From contig CAZLJB010000001.1 in assembly GCA_964559195.1 (NCBI GenBank), positions 1 to 40,966 on the forward strand: a DNA stretch of 40,966 bases, given 5' to 3'. Origin of the DNA: an uncultured Anaerolinea sp. Its GTDB lineage: Bacteria; Chloroflexota; Anaerolineae; Anaerolineales; Villigracilaceae. This document shows positions 1-8,746 of this stretch, piece after piece (position 1 is the stretch's first letter; each line of letters begins with the position of its first letter). A program made the translations under genes and the position numbers. A model generated the notes under the pieces. The model was not told where the DNA came from. It made no database searches and saw only the letters and a list, made by a program, of their open reading frames with translations.

Positions 1-546
1 CGACGATTGGCTCACGTTGCTGGGCTACCCGCCAGATTAACCTGGCTTTGCAAGTTCTTTTTATCATTGAGTAATTACATCCTACCCGCTCTGCCGGGGT
101 TACTTCGTTACCACCGGACCACAGTCCGTCGCATAATTTGTAAAGGTCCTATGTCCATTTTTTGAGCATTTCTGAACCGTGCCAAAAAACACTTTGGAGT
201 GATGGCTATTTTGTGTGTTCAAGCGGAAATGCCAGCCGTGAAACAATTGAGAAATATATTCAAAGTCAGGGCTAACAGAAAAGACAAGACCCCGCCATTC
301 ATCCGCTAGGCTGAAGACCGTAGCGGTTTTCTGTCGGAGTTTTATATAAACGGAAAAATGGAACACCGACTTTGTGTCATGCATATTGATGCCGAACAAG
401 ATGCTGAAGCCATCCGAACTGAACTCAGGTCCAGACTAAATATTCCAGAAATTCCATTATATATATTGCCACCAGCAATTATTGTACACGCCGGCCAAAA
501 GCACAAAAGCACTGGCAGTCGGGTTCTTTGCTTAGTTGTGTTATAA
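1..546 (+). pseudogene. DegV-family (fatty-acid-binding) protein, 3' portion, apparently disrupted; 5' end off-window
   Basis: Frame 1 is open for all 182 codons except two in-frame stops (TGA 163-165, TAG 307-309). The last 62 codons read RLCVMHIDAEQDAEAIRTEL...PLYILPPAIIVHAG, resembling the conserved DegV C-terminus (aVlHa..eeA..l...l....igpvIgtHaGPGalg). An 8-bp tandem duplication aaaagcac x2 (497-512) sits just after HAG, and frame 2 then ends ALAVGFFA*, which looks like the canonical DegV tail. Confidence 0.35.
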
Positions 547-624
547 TTTGTAGGCTATTTTCTCAAACCCCCACGAATTTAGTGGTTATTTCCCCTCTAT
601 GGGTCTATTTGAAGGAGAACGATT

Positions 625-1383
625 ATGTCTGGACACAGCCATTGGGCAACCATTCGCCGCAAAAAGGGTGCGGCTGATGCCAAGCGCGGGCAAGTTTTTA
701 CGCGCATTGCGAAAGAAATTGTAATGACCGCAAGAAGTGGCGGCGGTGACATTGGCAGCAATTTCCGGCTTGCACTGGCAATTGAAAAAGCTCGAGCAAG
801 CAACATGCCAAAAGACAGCATCGAACGTGCCATTAAACGCGGCGCTGGCGAGGACAAAGACGCAACTGCCTTTGAAGAATTCACCCTGGAAGGTTACGGC
901 CCACACGGTTCTGCTATCATGGTTGACTGTGTAACCGACAACCGCAACCGTACTGTGGCTGATATACGTCACGCTTTCAGTAAAAATGGTGGAACCATGG
1001 CCGAAGCTGGCGCAGTCGGCTGGCAATTTGAGCGAAAATCATACTTCTCCTTTCCAGTCAGCCAGCTTTCTTATGACAGGGCCTTTGAGCTTGGGATTGA
1101 AGCCGGGGCGGACGATGTTCAGGAAGACGGCGAAAATATCGAGATAATTGCTCCTGTGGAAGCCTTCAAAACCCTTAGCGATGCCCTTCGCAGCGCAAAA
1201 GTTACTCCAGATGATAGTGGTCTCCGATTGCTTGCCAAACAAGACCTCGAGTTGGATGTTGATGCCATTCTTCAGGTATTAAGAGTTGTCGAAACCATTG
1301 AAGAAATGGATGACGTACAAAACGTTTTCCACAATCTAAAAATCTCCGAAGAAGCCCTGGCCGCTCTCGAAGAAGAAGAATAA
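625..1383 (+). CDS. yebC: YebC/PmpR-family DNA-binding transcriptional regulator
   Basis: N-terminus MSGHSHWATIRRKKGAADAKRGQVFTRIAKEI is the family signature. 252 aa with an acidic C-tail. GAAGGAG RBS 7 nt upstream of the ATG. Lies upstream of ruvC-ruvA as in many bacteria. Confidence 0.95.
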   Translation: MSGHSHWATIRRKKGAADAKRGQVFTRIAKEIVMTARSGGGDIGSNFRLALAIEKARASNMPKDSIERAIKRGAGEDKDATAFEEFTLEGYGPHGSAIMVDCVTDNRNRTVADIRHAFSKNGGTMAEAGAVGWQFERKSYFSFPVSQLSYDRAFELGIEAGADDVQEDGENIEIIAPVEAFKTLSDALRSAKVTPDDSGLRLLAKQDLELDVDAILQVLRVVETIEEMDDVQNVFHNLKISEEALAALEEEE

Positions 1384-1389
1384 ATCAAT

Positions 1390-1422
1390 CGGGGCAGGTC
1401 TGGGACCTGCCCCGATAATTTT
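1390..1422 (+). terminator. Rho-independent terminator-like hairpin between yebC and ruvC
   Basis: Perfect 11-bp GC-rich stem cggggcaggtc / gacctgccccg with 3-nt loop (1390-1414), followed by ataattttt. It ends 1 nt before the ruvC ATG. Confidence 0.55.
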
Positions 1423-1423
1423 T

Positions 1424-1903
1424 ATGCCACTAGTCCTTGGTATTGATCCCGGCACAGCCACGATAGGCTATGCCATCGTGTACGATTTACCGGATGGCGG
1501 CTGTCATGCCGTCGATTACGGAGTTATTACCACGCCAAAGCAGGATACCGCTGCTGTGCGCCTGGTTCAAATTTACGAACAAATCAACAAAATCATTAAC
1601 ATCCACCATCCTGATTCAGCCGCAGTTGAAAAATTGTTCTTCCAGAGAAACATCACCACTGCCATCGCTGTTGGGCAAGCTCGCGGTGTAGTCATGTTGG
1701 CTCTCGCACAAGCTGGCTTGGAAATTGGTGAATATACTCCGAATGAAATTAAACAGGCCGTTACCGGCTATGGCGCGGCCGATAAACGTCAGGTGCAGGA
1801 AATGGTGCGAGTACTTTTATTACTTGATAAAATCCCAAAACCCGATGATGCGGCAGATGCCCTGGCAATCGCAATAACCCATCTGAACACAAGGCGATAT
1901 TAA
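1424..1903 (+). CDS. ruvC: Crossover junction endodeoxyribonuclease RuvC
   Basis: LGIDPGTATIGYAIV N-terminal catalytic Asp motif, internal AVEKLFF, C-terminal DAADALAIAITH. 159 aa. Confidence 0.93.
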   Translation: MPLVLGIDPGTATIGYAIVYDLPDGGCHAVDYGVITTPKQDTAAVRLVQIYEQINKIINIHHPDSAAVEKLFFQRNITTAIAVGQARGVVMLALAQAGLEIGEYTPNEIKQAVTGYGAADKRQVQEMVRVLLLLDKIPKPDDAADALAIAITHLNTRRY

Positions 1904-1905
1904 TT

Positions 1906-2481
1906 ATGATTGCTTCCTTACGCGGCGAAATTACCCAAATCGAAGAAAATGCATTAGTTTTGGAAGTGTCCGGTGTCGGTTTGCGAGTCTTTGTGCCCAA
2001 ACCACTGCTTTCAAAATTTACCACCGGCGAAATCATTCTTCTTCAAACTCATCTAGTCGTCCGGGAAAATGATCTTTCCCTTTATGGCTTTGAAACCAGC
2101 AGTGATCGCCAGCTTTTTTTGACCTTACTCGGAGTGGATGGGGTAGGCCCCAAAATGGCCCTCTCTGTACTTTCGACATTGACATTGGATGCCGTTCAAC
2201 GAGCTGTGTTTTCAGAAGAACCCGATTTATTAAGCCGCGTTCCAGGTGTTGGGAAAAAAACTGCCCAGAAAATGCAGCTTTATCTCAAAGACCGGCTCAA
2301 ACCCGTCACAGGCTTGGAAAAATTTGCGAGTATGTCTGAAGCAGATTCAGAAGTTTTGGCGGCTCTTACAGCACTCGGCTATTCTGTTATCGAGGCACAA
2401 TCAGCGTTGCAATCTCTTCCAAAAGATTCACCAGATGTGGTTGAAGAAAAATTAAGATTGGCATTGGGTTATTTTCAATAA
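1906..2481 (+). CDS. ruvA: Holliday junction branch migration complex subunit RuvA
   Basis: MIASLRGEI...LVLEVSGVGLRV OB-fold start, two helix-hairpin-helix motifs (GVDGVGPKMAL, VPGVGKKTAQKM), C-terminal domain III ALTALGYS. Starts 2 nt after the ruvC stop. Confidence 0.93.
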   Translation: MIASLRGEITQIEENALVLEVSGVGLRVFVPKPLLSKFTTGEIILLQTHLVVRENDLSLYGFETSSDRQLFLTLLGVDGVGPKMALSVLSTLTLDAVQRAVFSEEPDLLSRVPGVGKKTAQKMQLYLKDRLKPVTGLEKFASMSEADSEVLAALTALGYSVIEAQSALQSLPKDSPDVVEEKLRLALGYFQ

Positions 2482-2546
2482 TGTTTTTTACTCGTAGACA
2501 TTGATCGATTTCATCAACCATCTTTCTAAAATTGTGGAGTAACACC

Positions 2547-3404
2547 ATGCTTAACAAAACAATTGCTTTTATAGGTCCTGGCGCAATGGCAGAGGCGATG
2601 CTCAGTGGGCTGATCAGGAAAAACCTGGCTTCGCCAGAACATTTGCTGGTATCTGGCCCTCGTTCAGAACGCAGTCAACAACTCCATGAGAAATATGGTG
2701 TCCAACCCTTCCTCGATAACGCCGCTGCTGCAGCCCAGGCTGACGTAGTCGTTCTTTCCGTAAAACCTCAACGCTTGACCAATGTAATGGATAACCTGAA
2801 AGGGTCCATCCGAAAAGATGCACTCGTTCTTTCCATTATTGCAGGAGCAACGCTTCGAAAGATCAGTCGAGGCCTTAATCATCACACAATTGTGCGATCG
2901 ATGCCAAATACCCCAGCTCAAATTGGCGAGGGTATTACAGTCTGGACCATCTCGGCAACCGTTACAGATGAGCAAAAGGAAATCGCACGTGCAATTTTAG
3001 GAGCTCTTGGACAGGAAGTTTTCGTTGAAGATGAACATTATCTTGACATGGCCACTGCCCTTTCTGGGACCGGTCCTGCTTATGTGTTTATGTTCATGGA
3101 AGCCATGATTGATGCGGGTGTACATATGGGCTTTCCACGAAGGATCGCAGAACAACTCGTTGTCGAGACTATCCGTGGTTCAGTGGATTTTTACCAAACT
3201 AACGAAGTCCATGTTGCCGCACTGCGCAACCAGGTCACATCACCCGGTGGGACATCTGCAGAAGCACTTTATTATCTAGAAAAGGCAGGCTTTAGAACAG
3301 CAATTTCCAGGGCAATTTGGGCTGCCTACCAGCGATCGCTTGAATTGGGCAAGGAACAGCCTGTCCATATCCCAGAATCTCATACAAAAGAAGATGATAA
3401 TTAG
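2547..3404 (+). CDS. proC: Pyrroline-5-carboxylate reductase
   Basis: Rossmann start IAFIGPGAMAEAM, SVKPQ, MPNTPAQIGEG, SGTGPAYVFMFMEAM and VTSPGGTSAEAL motifs. ATG at 2547 has GGAG 6 nt upstream; the track ORF begins at an upstream TTG (2532). Confidence 0.9.
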   Translation: MLNKTIAFIGPGAMAEAMLSGLIRKNLASPEHLLVSGPRSERSQQLHEKYGVQPFLDNAAAAAQADVVVLSVKPQRLTNVMDNLKGSIRKDALVLSIIAGATLRKISRGLNHHTIVRSMPNTPAQIGEGITVWTISATVTDEQKEIARAILGALGQEVFVEDEHYLDMATALSGTGPAYVFMFMEAMIDAGVHMGFPRRIAEQLVVETIRGSVDFYQTNEVHVAALRNQVTSPGGTSAEALYYLEKAGFRTAISRAIWAAYQRSLELGKEQPVHIPESHTKEDDN

Positions 3405-3465
3405 TCAATAAAGTATTTCTTTTGGCATATAAAAGCCATGCAACTAATTTTGAGAGGAAAACATC

Positions 3466-3900
3466 ATGCAATGGATCACTCGTTCGCACGTTCATGTCGA
3501 TCGCGTAGCCTGTCCCTGGCTCATCACCCGCTTTATTGATAATGAGGCTGAATTTCTTTTCGTTCCTACCAACCAAATTGAAAAAGTTGCCCTTGAAACC
3601 GGCGCAATCCCTTTTGATGCTCCCGGAGTGGAGCTTGGGCACCATGAAAATCGCTGTTCCTTCGAATCGATCATCCAAAAATACAATTTAAAAGAACCAG
3701 GACTACTCAGGTTGGCAAAAATCATCCACGCGGCAGATATTAGCGAGGATATTGATAAAGACCCACTCGCACAAGGGCTGGAAGCAATTGCAAGCGGTTA
3801 CAGCCTGCGATTTCCAGACGATATGGAAAATATTGATCGGCAATTTGATATATACGACTCCCTGTATGCCTGGTGCAGAATGGATGTAGCCAAAAAATGA
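3466..3900 (+). CDS. ChrB C-terminal-domain-like protein (chromate-resistance-associated family)
   Basis: WITRSHVHVDRVACPWLITRFIDNEAEFLFVP...FDAPGVELGHH...CSFE matches my recollection of the ChrB_C domain. 144 aa. GAGAGGAAA RBS. Confidence 0.6.
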   Translation: MQWITRSHVHVDRVACPWLITRFIDNEAEFLFVPTNQIEKVALETGAIPFDAPGVELGHHENRCSFESIIQKYNLKEPGLLRLAKIIHAADISEDIDKDPLAQGLEAIASGYSLRFPDDMENIDRQFDIYDSLYAWCRMDVAKK

Positions 3901-5120
3901 TCCAAAAAAAGCGAGACTTCAACGTACTCTTTGCAACTAGGATCATACGTTTGTTTTGTTATGGATTTCTTTCAGTCATCTTAGCGCTGTATCTGGCGGA
4001 TACTGGCATGTCCGAAAGTCAGATTGGGCTGTTATTCACCATGACGTTGGTGGGTGATGCAGGAATTTCTCTCTGGCTAACTACTTCCGCAGACCGGATT
4101 GGACGAAAACGCACTCTCCTGGTTGGCGCACTGCTTATGGCGGGTGCTGGCATTGTCTTTCTGATGACCAATAACACAATCATTTTGATGGCGGCCGCCA
4201 TTATTGGTGTGATTAGCCCCAGCGGTAATGAGATCGGCCCATTTCTTGCCATCGAACAAGCTGGTCTGACCCAGATTATCTCTGATGAAAAACGAACCCA
4301 GGTATTCGCCTGGTACAACCTGGTTGGCTCTTTCGCAACCGCCACAGGTGCTTTATGTGGCGGTTGGCTGGCCCAGATACTACAATCTCAGGGCATGAGT
4401 GCCGGTTCGGCATACCGGGTAGTTTTAATGGGTTATGCTGCAGGTGGCTTCATTTTATCCATTTTATTTCTCTGGTTAACTTCTTCCGTAGAAGTTACGC
4501 CAACAAGCAACCCCGAAACCCCACGCATTTTTGGACTGCACAAATCACGCAATGTAGTATTAAGATTAAGTGCCCTCTTTGCCCTAGACGCTTTCGCAGG
4601 TGGCTTGATTGTCCAAAGCATGATCGCATACTGGTTCCATGTAAAATTTGGGATTGAATCAGGGATATTAGGAAGTATTTTCTTTGGCGCTAACGTCCTG
4701 GCTGGTATTTCTGCCCTGCTGGCAGTCAGAATTTCTCAAAAAATTGGACTTATTAACACCATGGTTTTTACCCACATCCCTTCAAATATCCTGCTGATGT
4801 TGGTACCTATCATGCCAAACCTGCCACTGGCGATTGGTGTATTGATGTTACGCTTTAGCATTTCGCAAATGGATGTGCCGACCCGCCAGTCTTATACAAT
4901 GGCAGTCGTTTCACCGGATGAACGCTCAGCAGCTTCGGGGGTTACAGGCATTGCCCGATCGGTTGGCGCTTCTCTGTCACCCGCACTGACAGGCATTTTC
5001 TTCAGCATTCCAGGCTTGTTCAGCCTTCCATTTTATTTATGTGGCAGTTTGAAAATTGTTTATGACTTACTTTTATATCGCAGTTTCCAAACTATGAAAC
5101 CTCCGGAAGAAAGTAATTAA
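3897..5120 (+). CDS. MFS-type transporter
   Basis: About 12 hydrophobic helices, a DRIGRKR loop between TM2 and TM3 (MFS signature position), 407 aa from the ATG at 3897. That ATG overlaps the upstream stop (ATGA, 3897-3900). Confidence 0.8.
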   Translation: MIQKKRDFNVLFATRIIRLFCYGFLSVILALYLADTGMSESQIGLLFTMTLVGDAGISLWLTTSADRIGRKRTLLVGALLMAGAGIVFLMTNNTIILMAAAIIGVISPSGNEIGPFLAIEQAGLTQIISDEKRTQVFAWYNLVGSFATATGALCGGWLAQILQSQGMSAGSAYRVVLMGYAAGGFILSILFLWLTSSVEVTPTSNPETPRIFGLHKSRNVVLRLSALFALDAFAGGLIVQSMIAYWFHVKFGIESGILGSIFFGANVLAGISALLAVRISQKIGLINTMVFTHIPSNILLMLVPIMPNLPLAIGVLMLRFSISQMDVPTRQSYTMAVVSPDERSAASGVTGIARSVGASLSPALTGIFFSIPGLFSLPFYLCGSLKIVYDLLLYRSFQTMKPPEESN

Positions 5121-5260
5121 TGATAATTTTTTTAGTTGGGCTGGGTGGAGTGCTTGGTTCAATGGCTCGTTAGTTGACCCACAAATGGGACACTCTCTCC
5201 CAAAATATCAATTTTAAACGGTATCCTTTCTCGTTTCGTGTTAATTAACTCGTCTGGACA
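5120..5260 (+). pseudogene. CrcB/FluC fluoride channel remnant
   Basis: ATG at 5120 overlaps the MFS stop. It reads MIIFLVGLGGVLGSMAR-TAG-LTHKW...YPFSFRVN-TAA-LVWT. The G-G-x-x-G-x-x-x-R-(Y) start and FP..T..VN-(L) motif of CrcB are recognisable. The two stops sit where Tyr (TAY) and Leu (TTA) are expected, then the frame collapses. Only about 310 bp is available before the next gene. Confidence 0.4.
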
Positions 5261-5430
5261 TGATAATCACATGCATCGCTCTTTCCAAAGTGCGAACTTG
5301 GATGTCATCATCCCCATATCCCCGCCGGTCTGGTTGCATTGGAATAAATCTCAGAAAATTCTATCGGGCAGAAAAGAAATAATAATCCGATAGCACTCCA
5401 GTTTTTCCGACCTGAAAGACCTGATTAATA

Positions 5431-7428
5431 ATGTCACTTATAACTGTTTCAAACCTGACTAAATCCTTTGGACACCGCGATATTTTCGCTGGTTTGTCCT
5501 TTGGCGTTGAAAAAGGAGCCAGGCTGGGTGTTGTTGGTCCAAATGGAGTCGGTAAAACATCTCTCCTGCGTATCCTGGCAGGTGAAGACGAAGCTTCATC
5601 CGGAAACATACACCGGGCTCGAGGCGTGCGTCTGGGTTATCTTCCCCAAGAAGCCGATTTTCAAATGTCCGGATCGCTTTGGGATGTTTGCGAATCAGTT
5701 TTTGCTGACATCATTGAACAACAAGAAGAACTGAACCGGCTCGAACACCAAATGGCCAATAATGACCCCGATATCATAGAAAAATATGGCGCTTTGCAGC
5801 ACGAATTTGAAAGACGCGGTGGTTACACCTATCAAACCCGCATCCGGCAGGTTCTAACTGGCCTGGGATTTGATCAAGAAAACTATACACTCAGCCTTGA
5901 CCACCTCTCTGGCGGTCAAAGGACCCGCGCTTTCCTGGCACGACTCTTGCTCTCAGACCCGGATTTATTACTACTAGACGAACCAACCAATCACCTCGAT
6001 ATTGCAGCAGTCGAATGGCTGGAAGGCTATCTGAGCAAATGGGAAGGCGCCGCTATCATTGTTTCTCACGATCGTTATTTCCTCGACAAAGCTGCCAACG
6101 GAATACTTGAAATGACTGCGGCAGGGATCGAGGAATATCGCGGCAATTACAGTCATTATCTTCGCCAACGACAGGAACGCTGGGAACGTCGTTTTGAAGT
6201 TTTCGAGAGTGAAAAAGGAAAACTTGTCAAGGACCTGGAATATATCAAAAAGAATATTGCCGGTCAAAACACGCTACAAGCTAAGGGAAAGCTAAAACGC
6301 CTGACTCGCGTTGTTCAAGCAATTGAACAGGTCGGGATGGATGCTTTCGCTAATTCAAGCTGGGCGCAGTTGGGCGTGGATACAACCACCAGCGCCTTCA
6401 GCGTAGACGAAGCCGATCGACGAGTTCGAGCACTACACTTACCCAATATTCGGCCACCTCAATTACACCTGCATTTACGTGCAGAGAAACGTTCTGGAGA
6501 ATTGGTCATCCGCACGCGTGATCTTGAAATTGGCTGGCCTGAAAAATCCTTATTTTTTACTCCCGATATTGAACTTCGCCGCACTGATTGCGCAGCACTG
6601 ATCGGACCCAACGGAGCCGGAAAAAGCACCTTTCTTAAAACCATCCTGGCACAACTTCAGCCGCGACAGGGCGAAGTACTCCTGGGAGCCAGTCTTCATA
6701 TTGGCTATTTTGCCCAGGCCCATGAAGGTTTAAATCCTGCAAACAGCCTGATTCAAGAAATACAGAGTGCAGCACCAAACATGCTCGCTACAGATGCACG
6801 GCAATATCTTGGTAAATTCCTTTTTAGCGGGGATGACGCCTATAAAAAAGTTGAAGTACTTTCCGGCGGTGAACGAGGGCGTCTCGCTCTTGCCAAGCTG
6901 GCTCTCGAAGATACCAACCTGCTCCTGCTTGACGAACCCACAAATCACCTCGATATTCCTTCCCAAGAAATTCTCGAGCAAGTTTTGGAAGCTTATGAAG
7001 GTACAATTTTACTTGTTAGCCATGACCGCTATCTGGTCGATGCCCTGGCAACCCAGGTCTGGGAAATTAAACCGGATGATTCAACCTTATCAATATTCAA
7101 AGGCACATATTCACAAATGCGCGATGAGCGTGATCGATTGGAAGCCCTTGGCACCCAGGATGAAACTAATTTACGCCAGGTCGAGGCGCCTCGCAAACCT
7201 GTAGCCGGACGTGACCCAGGTATAAAAGAAGAACGTCGTCGCCTTGCCCGACTACAGGAACTCGAGAACTTGATCGCCAATCTTGAGTTAAGACTGGCCG
7301 AGATAAGTAGAAATCTGGAAAACCGCCTTGTCAGCCCATCAGAAGTAGTAAAACTGGGGAACGAATACCAGATGGTGCAGAAGGAAATGGACATGAAACT
7401 CACCGAATGGGAAAGTCTTCAAAAATAG
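5431..7428 (+). CDS. ABC-F family ATPase (translation-factor type, no membrane domain)
   Basis: Two cassettes: Walker A GPNGVGKT and GPNGAGKS, signatures LSGGQ and LSGGE, LLLLDEPTNHLD twice, H-loop SHDRYF/SHDRYL. About 100-aa helical inter-domain linker. Charged coiled-coil C-terminal extension. Confidence 0.9.
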   Translation: MSLITVSNLTKSFGHRDIFAGLSFGVEKGARLGVVGPNGVGKTSLLRILAGEDEASSGNIHRARGVRLGYLPQEADFQMSGSLWDVCESVFADIIEQQEELNRLEHQMANNDPDIIEKYGALQHEFERRGGYTYQTRIRQVLTGLGFDQENYTLSLDHLSGGQRTRAFLARLLLSDPDLLLLDEPTNHLDIAAVEWLEGYLSKWEGAAIIVSHDRYFLDKAANGILEMTAAGIEEYRGNYSHYLRQRQERWERRFEVFESEKGKLVKDLEYIKKNIAGQNTLQAKGKLKRLTRVVQAIEQVGMDAFANSSWAQLGVDTTTSAFSVDEADRRVRALHLPNIRPPQLHLHLRAEKRSGELVIRTRDLEIGWPEKSLFFTPDIELRRTDCAALIGPNGAGKSTFLKTILAQLQPRQGEVLLGASLHIGYFAQAHEGLNPANSLIQEIQSAAPNMLATDARQYLGKFLFSGDDAYKKVEVLSGGERGRLALAKLALEDTNLLLLDEPTNHLDIPSQEILEQVLEAYEGTILLVSHDRYLVDALATQVWEIKPDDSTLSIFKGTYSQMRDERDRLEALGTQDETNLRQVEAPRKPVAGRDPGIKEERRRLARLQELENLIANLELRLAEISRNLENRLVSPSEVVKLGNEYQMVQKEMDMKLTEWESLQK

Positions 7429-7462
7429 CCAGCCTCAATGCAATCTGCATCTGGCTGGCTAT
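7425..7462. terminator. Hairpin between convergent ABC-F and CDF genes
   Basis: 10-bp stem atagccagcc / ggctggctat with an 18-nt loop. No strong T-tract. Confidence 0.3.
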
Positions 7463-7497
7463 CTTAATTGTTACGAAATAAAATTAAGTACTTTTAA

Positions 7498-8418
7498 CTA
7501 ATTTTCGTGAATGTCATCCATTGAAATAATATCTTCCGCAGGTTCAATGTGCGTACTGATCACTGCTTCTCCCAAAATGGCGCGAATATCGCCTTCAAAA
7601 TCCTCTGCAACATGATGAGCATCATGGACGGTCCACTCGCCTGGAACAAGCATGTGAACGGATATAAACCGGCGCGAGGCCGCCTGGCGAGTTCGCAAGG
7701 CATGGAATATGATATTTTTTTGCCTGTATTTCGCCATCACAGATTCGACAGCTTCCCGCTCATTTCCGGGCAAGGAAATATCCATTAATCCGTCGACAGA
7801 ACGGCGTACCAAACCAATCCCAGTCCAGACAATATTTACTGCAACAATCAAAGCAACTACTGGATCTAGCCGTTCCCAACCAGTGATAGAAATCAAGATA
7901 ATGCCGCCAATCACACCGACTGAAGTCCAAACATCTGTCATTAGATGTTGGGAATCGGCTTCAAGCGTTATCGAATTATTCTTTTTCCCTGCTGTCATCA
8001 GGATACGCGCAACTATAAAATTAATAACAGAAGCACCCACTGAAACAACCACGCCAATTCCAACCTGTTCCAATGGACGCGGACTGAAAATTCTCTCAAT
8101 AGCCGTAAATGCGATTCCACCAGCGGCAACCAGGATTAAGATACCCTCGACCACACTGGCGAAATATTCGGCCTTGGTGTGCCCAAACGAATGATCGTCA
8201 TCCGCAGGGCGAGCAGCAATTGTTAACATCCCCAATGCCATGATCGCACCCAGCAAATTGACAATCGACTCGACCGCATCAGATAATAGGCCAACCGACC
8301 CAGTCAAAAAATAGGCAACTGACTTCAGGATAATTGTCGTCACTGCTGCAGCTATCGAAAGCCAAGCAAAACGAGTCAAAGATGATCTTCCATTTGCAAT
8401 AATGGCTTCTTTATTCAT
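7498..8418 (-). CDS. Cation diffusion facilitator (CDF) family metal efflux transporter
   Basis: Six TM helices, metal-site motifs LLSDAVES (TM2) and HLMTDVW (TM5), C-terminal cytoplasmic domain with HVEP-like IEPAED. ATG at 8418 is preceded by GGAAGGGTG; the track ORF starts at TTG 8433. Confidence 0.88.
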   Translation of the reverse strand: MNKEAIIANGRSSLTRFAWLSIAAAVTTIILKSVAYFLTGSVGLLSDAVESIVNLLGAIMALGMLTIAARPADDDHSFGHTKAEYFASVVEGILILVAAGGIAFTAIERIFSPRPLEQVGIGVVVSVGASVINFIVARILMTAGKKNNSITLEADSQHLMTDVWTSVGVIGGIILISITGWERLDPVVALIVAVNIVWTGIGLVRRSVDGLMDISLPGNEREAVESVMAKYRQKNIIFHALRTRQAASRRFISVHMLVPGEWTVHDAHHVAEDFEGDIRAILGEAVISTHIEPAEDIISMDDIHEN

Positions 8419-8746
8419 TTCACCCTTCCACAACTCTTGCTAAATTTGAATTTTTAAATTATACACCATTCGTTACTACAAATTTTTCCGACGCACCAAA
8501 GAATGTAAATACGACCAAATAGACAGCCATCGGTGTTTTATGTATCTTGGTTTGCAATCCTGAGCGGAGGCTGTCCATGGTTTCCAGCAAAAATTTGTTC
8601 TCCGCGAAACATTTCCAACAAGGTTTTTCGGGCTGCGTTCCGACATTGGAGTCACATTTTTGGAATAACAATCACTTGTTCTGTCCCTGCCATGGCAAGA
8701 TAGATACACGAAATAGATTTTACCAGGTAAATAAATCATAAAAGCT

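Noticed and set aside
100-399. 99-aa minus-strand ORF at the window start
   Set aside because: It is antisense to the plus-strand frame that carries DegV-like similarity, the peptide has no recognisable features, and it is probably a shadow of the decayed gene.
586-1026. Long ORFs antisense to, or out of frame with, recognisable genes. Examples: 586-1026 and 597-884 opposite yebC, 7029-7403 opposite the ABC-F gene, 7709-8194 opposite the CDF gene, 11834-12202 opposite the acylase, 22132-22479 and 23227-23529 opposite the kinase, 29155-29514 opposite the PP2C, and 34391-34714 and 34960-35295 within the 881-aa gene.
   Set aside because: Each lies wholly inside a gene with strong family motifs on the other strand or frame. 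The translations are low-complexity, rich in Cys, Trp and Arg, and have no RBS. These are typical shadow ORFs.
5431-7428. ABC-F protein as an antibiotic-resistance (ARE) ribosome-protection factor
   Set aside because: The inter-domain linker is about 30 residues longer than E. coli EttA as I recall it. However, the extra residues lie after the second linker helix rather than at the helix-tip position extended in ARE proteins. No resistance context is present, so I keep it as a generic ABC-F.
8419-8560. Possible NiCo (czcD-type) riboswitch upstream of the CDF exporter
   Set aside because: The best -10 element (TATAAT) is only about 40 nt from the ATG, leaving too short a leader, and I could not see the conserved four-way-junction sequence. 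An Rfam scan would settle it.
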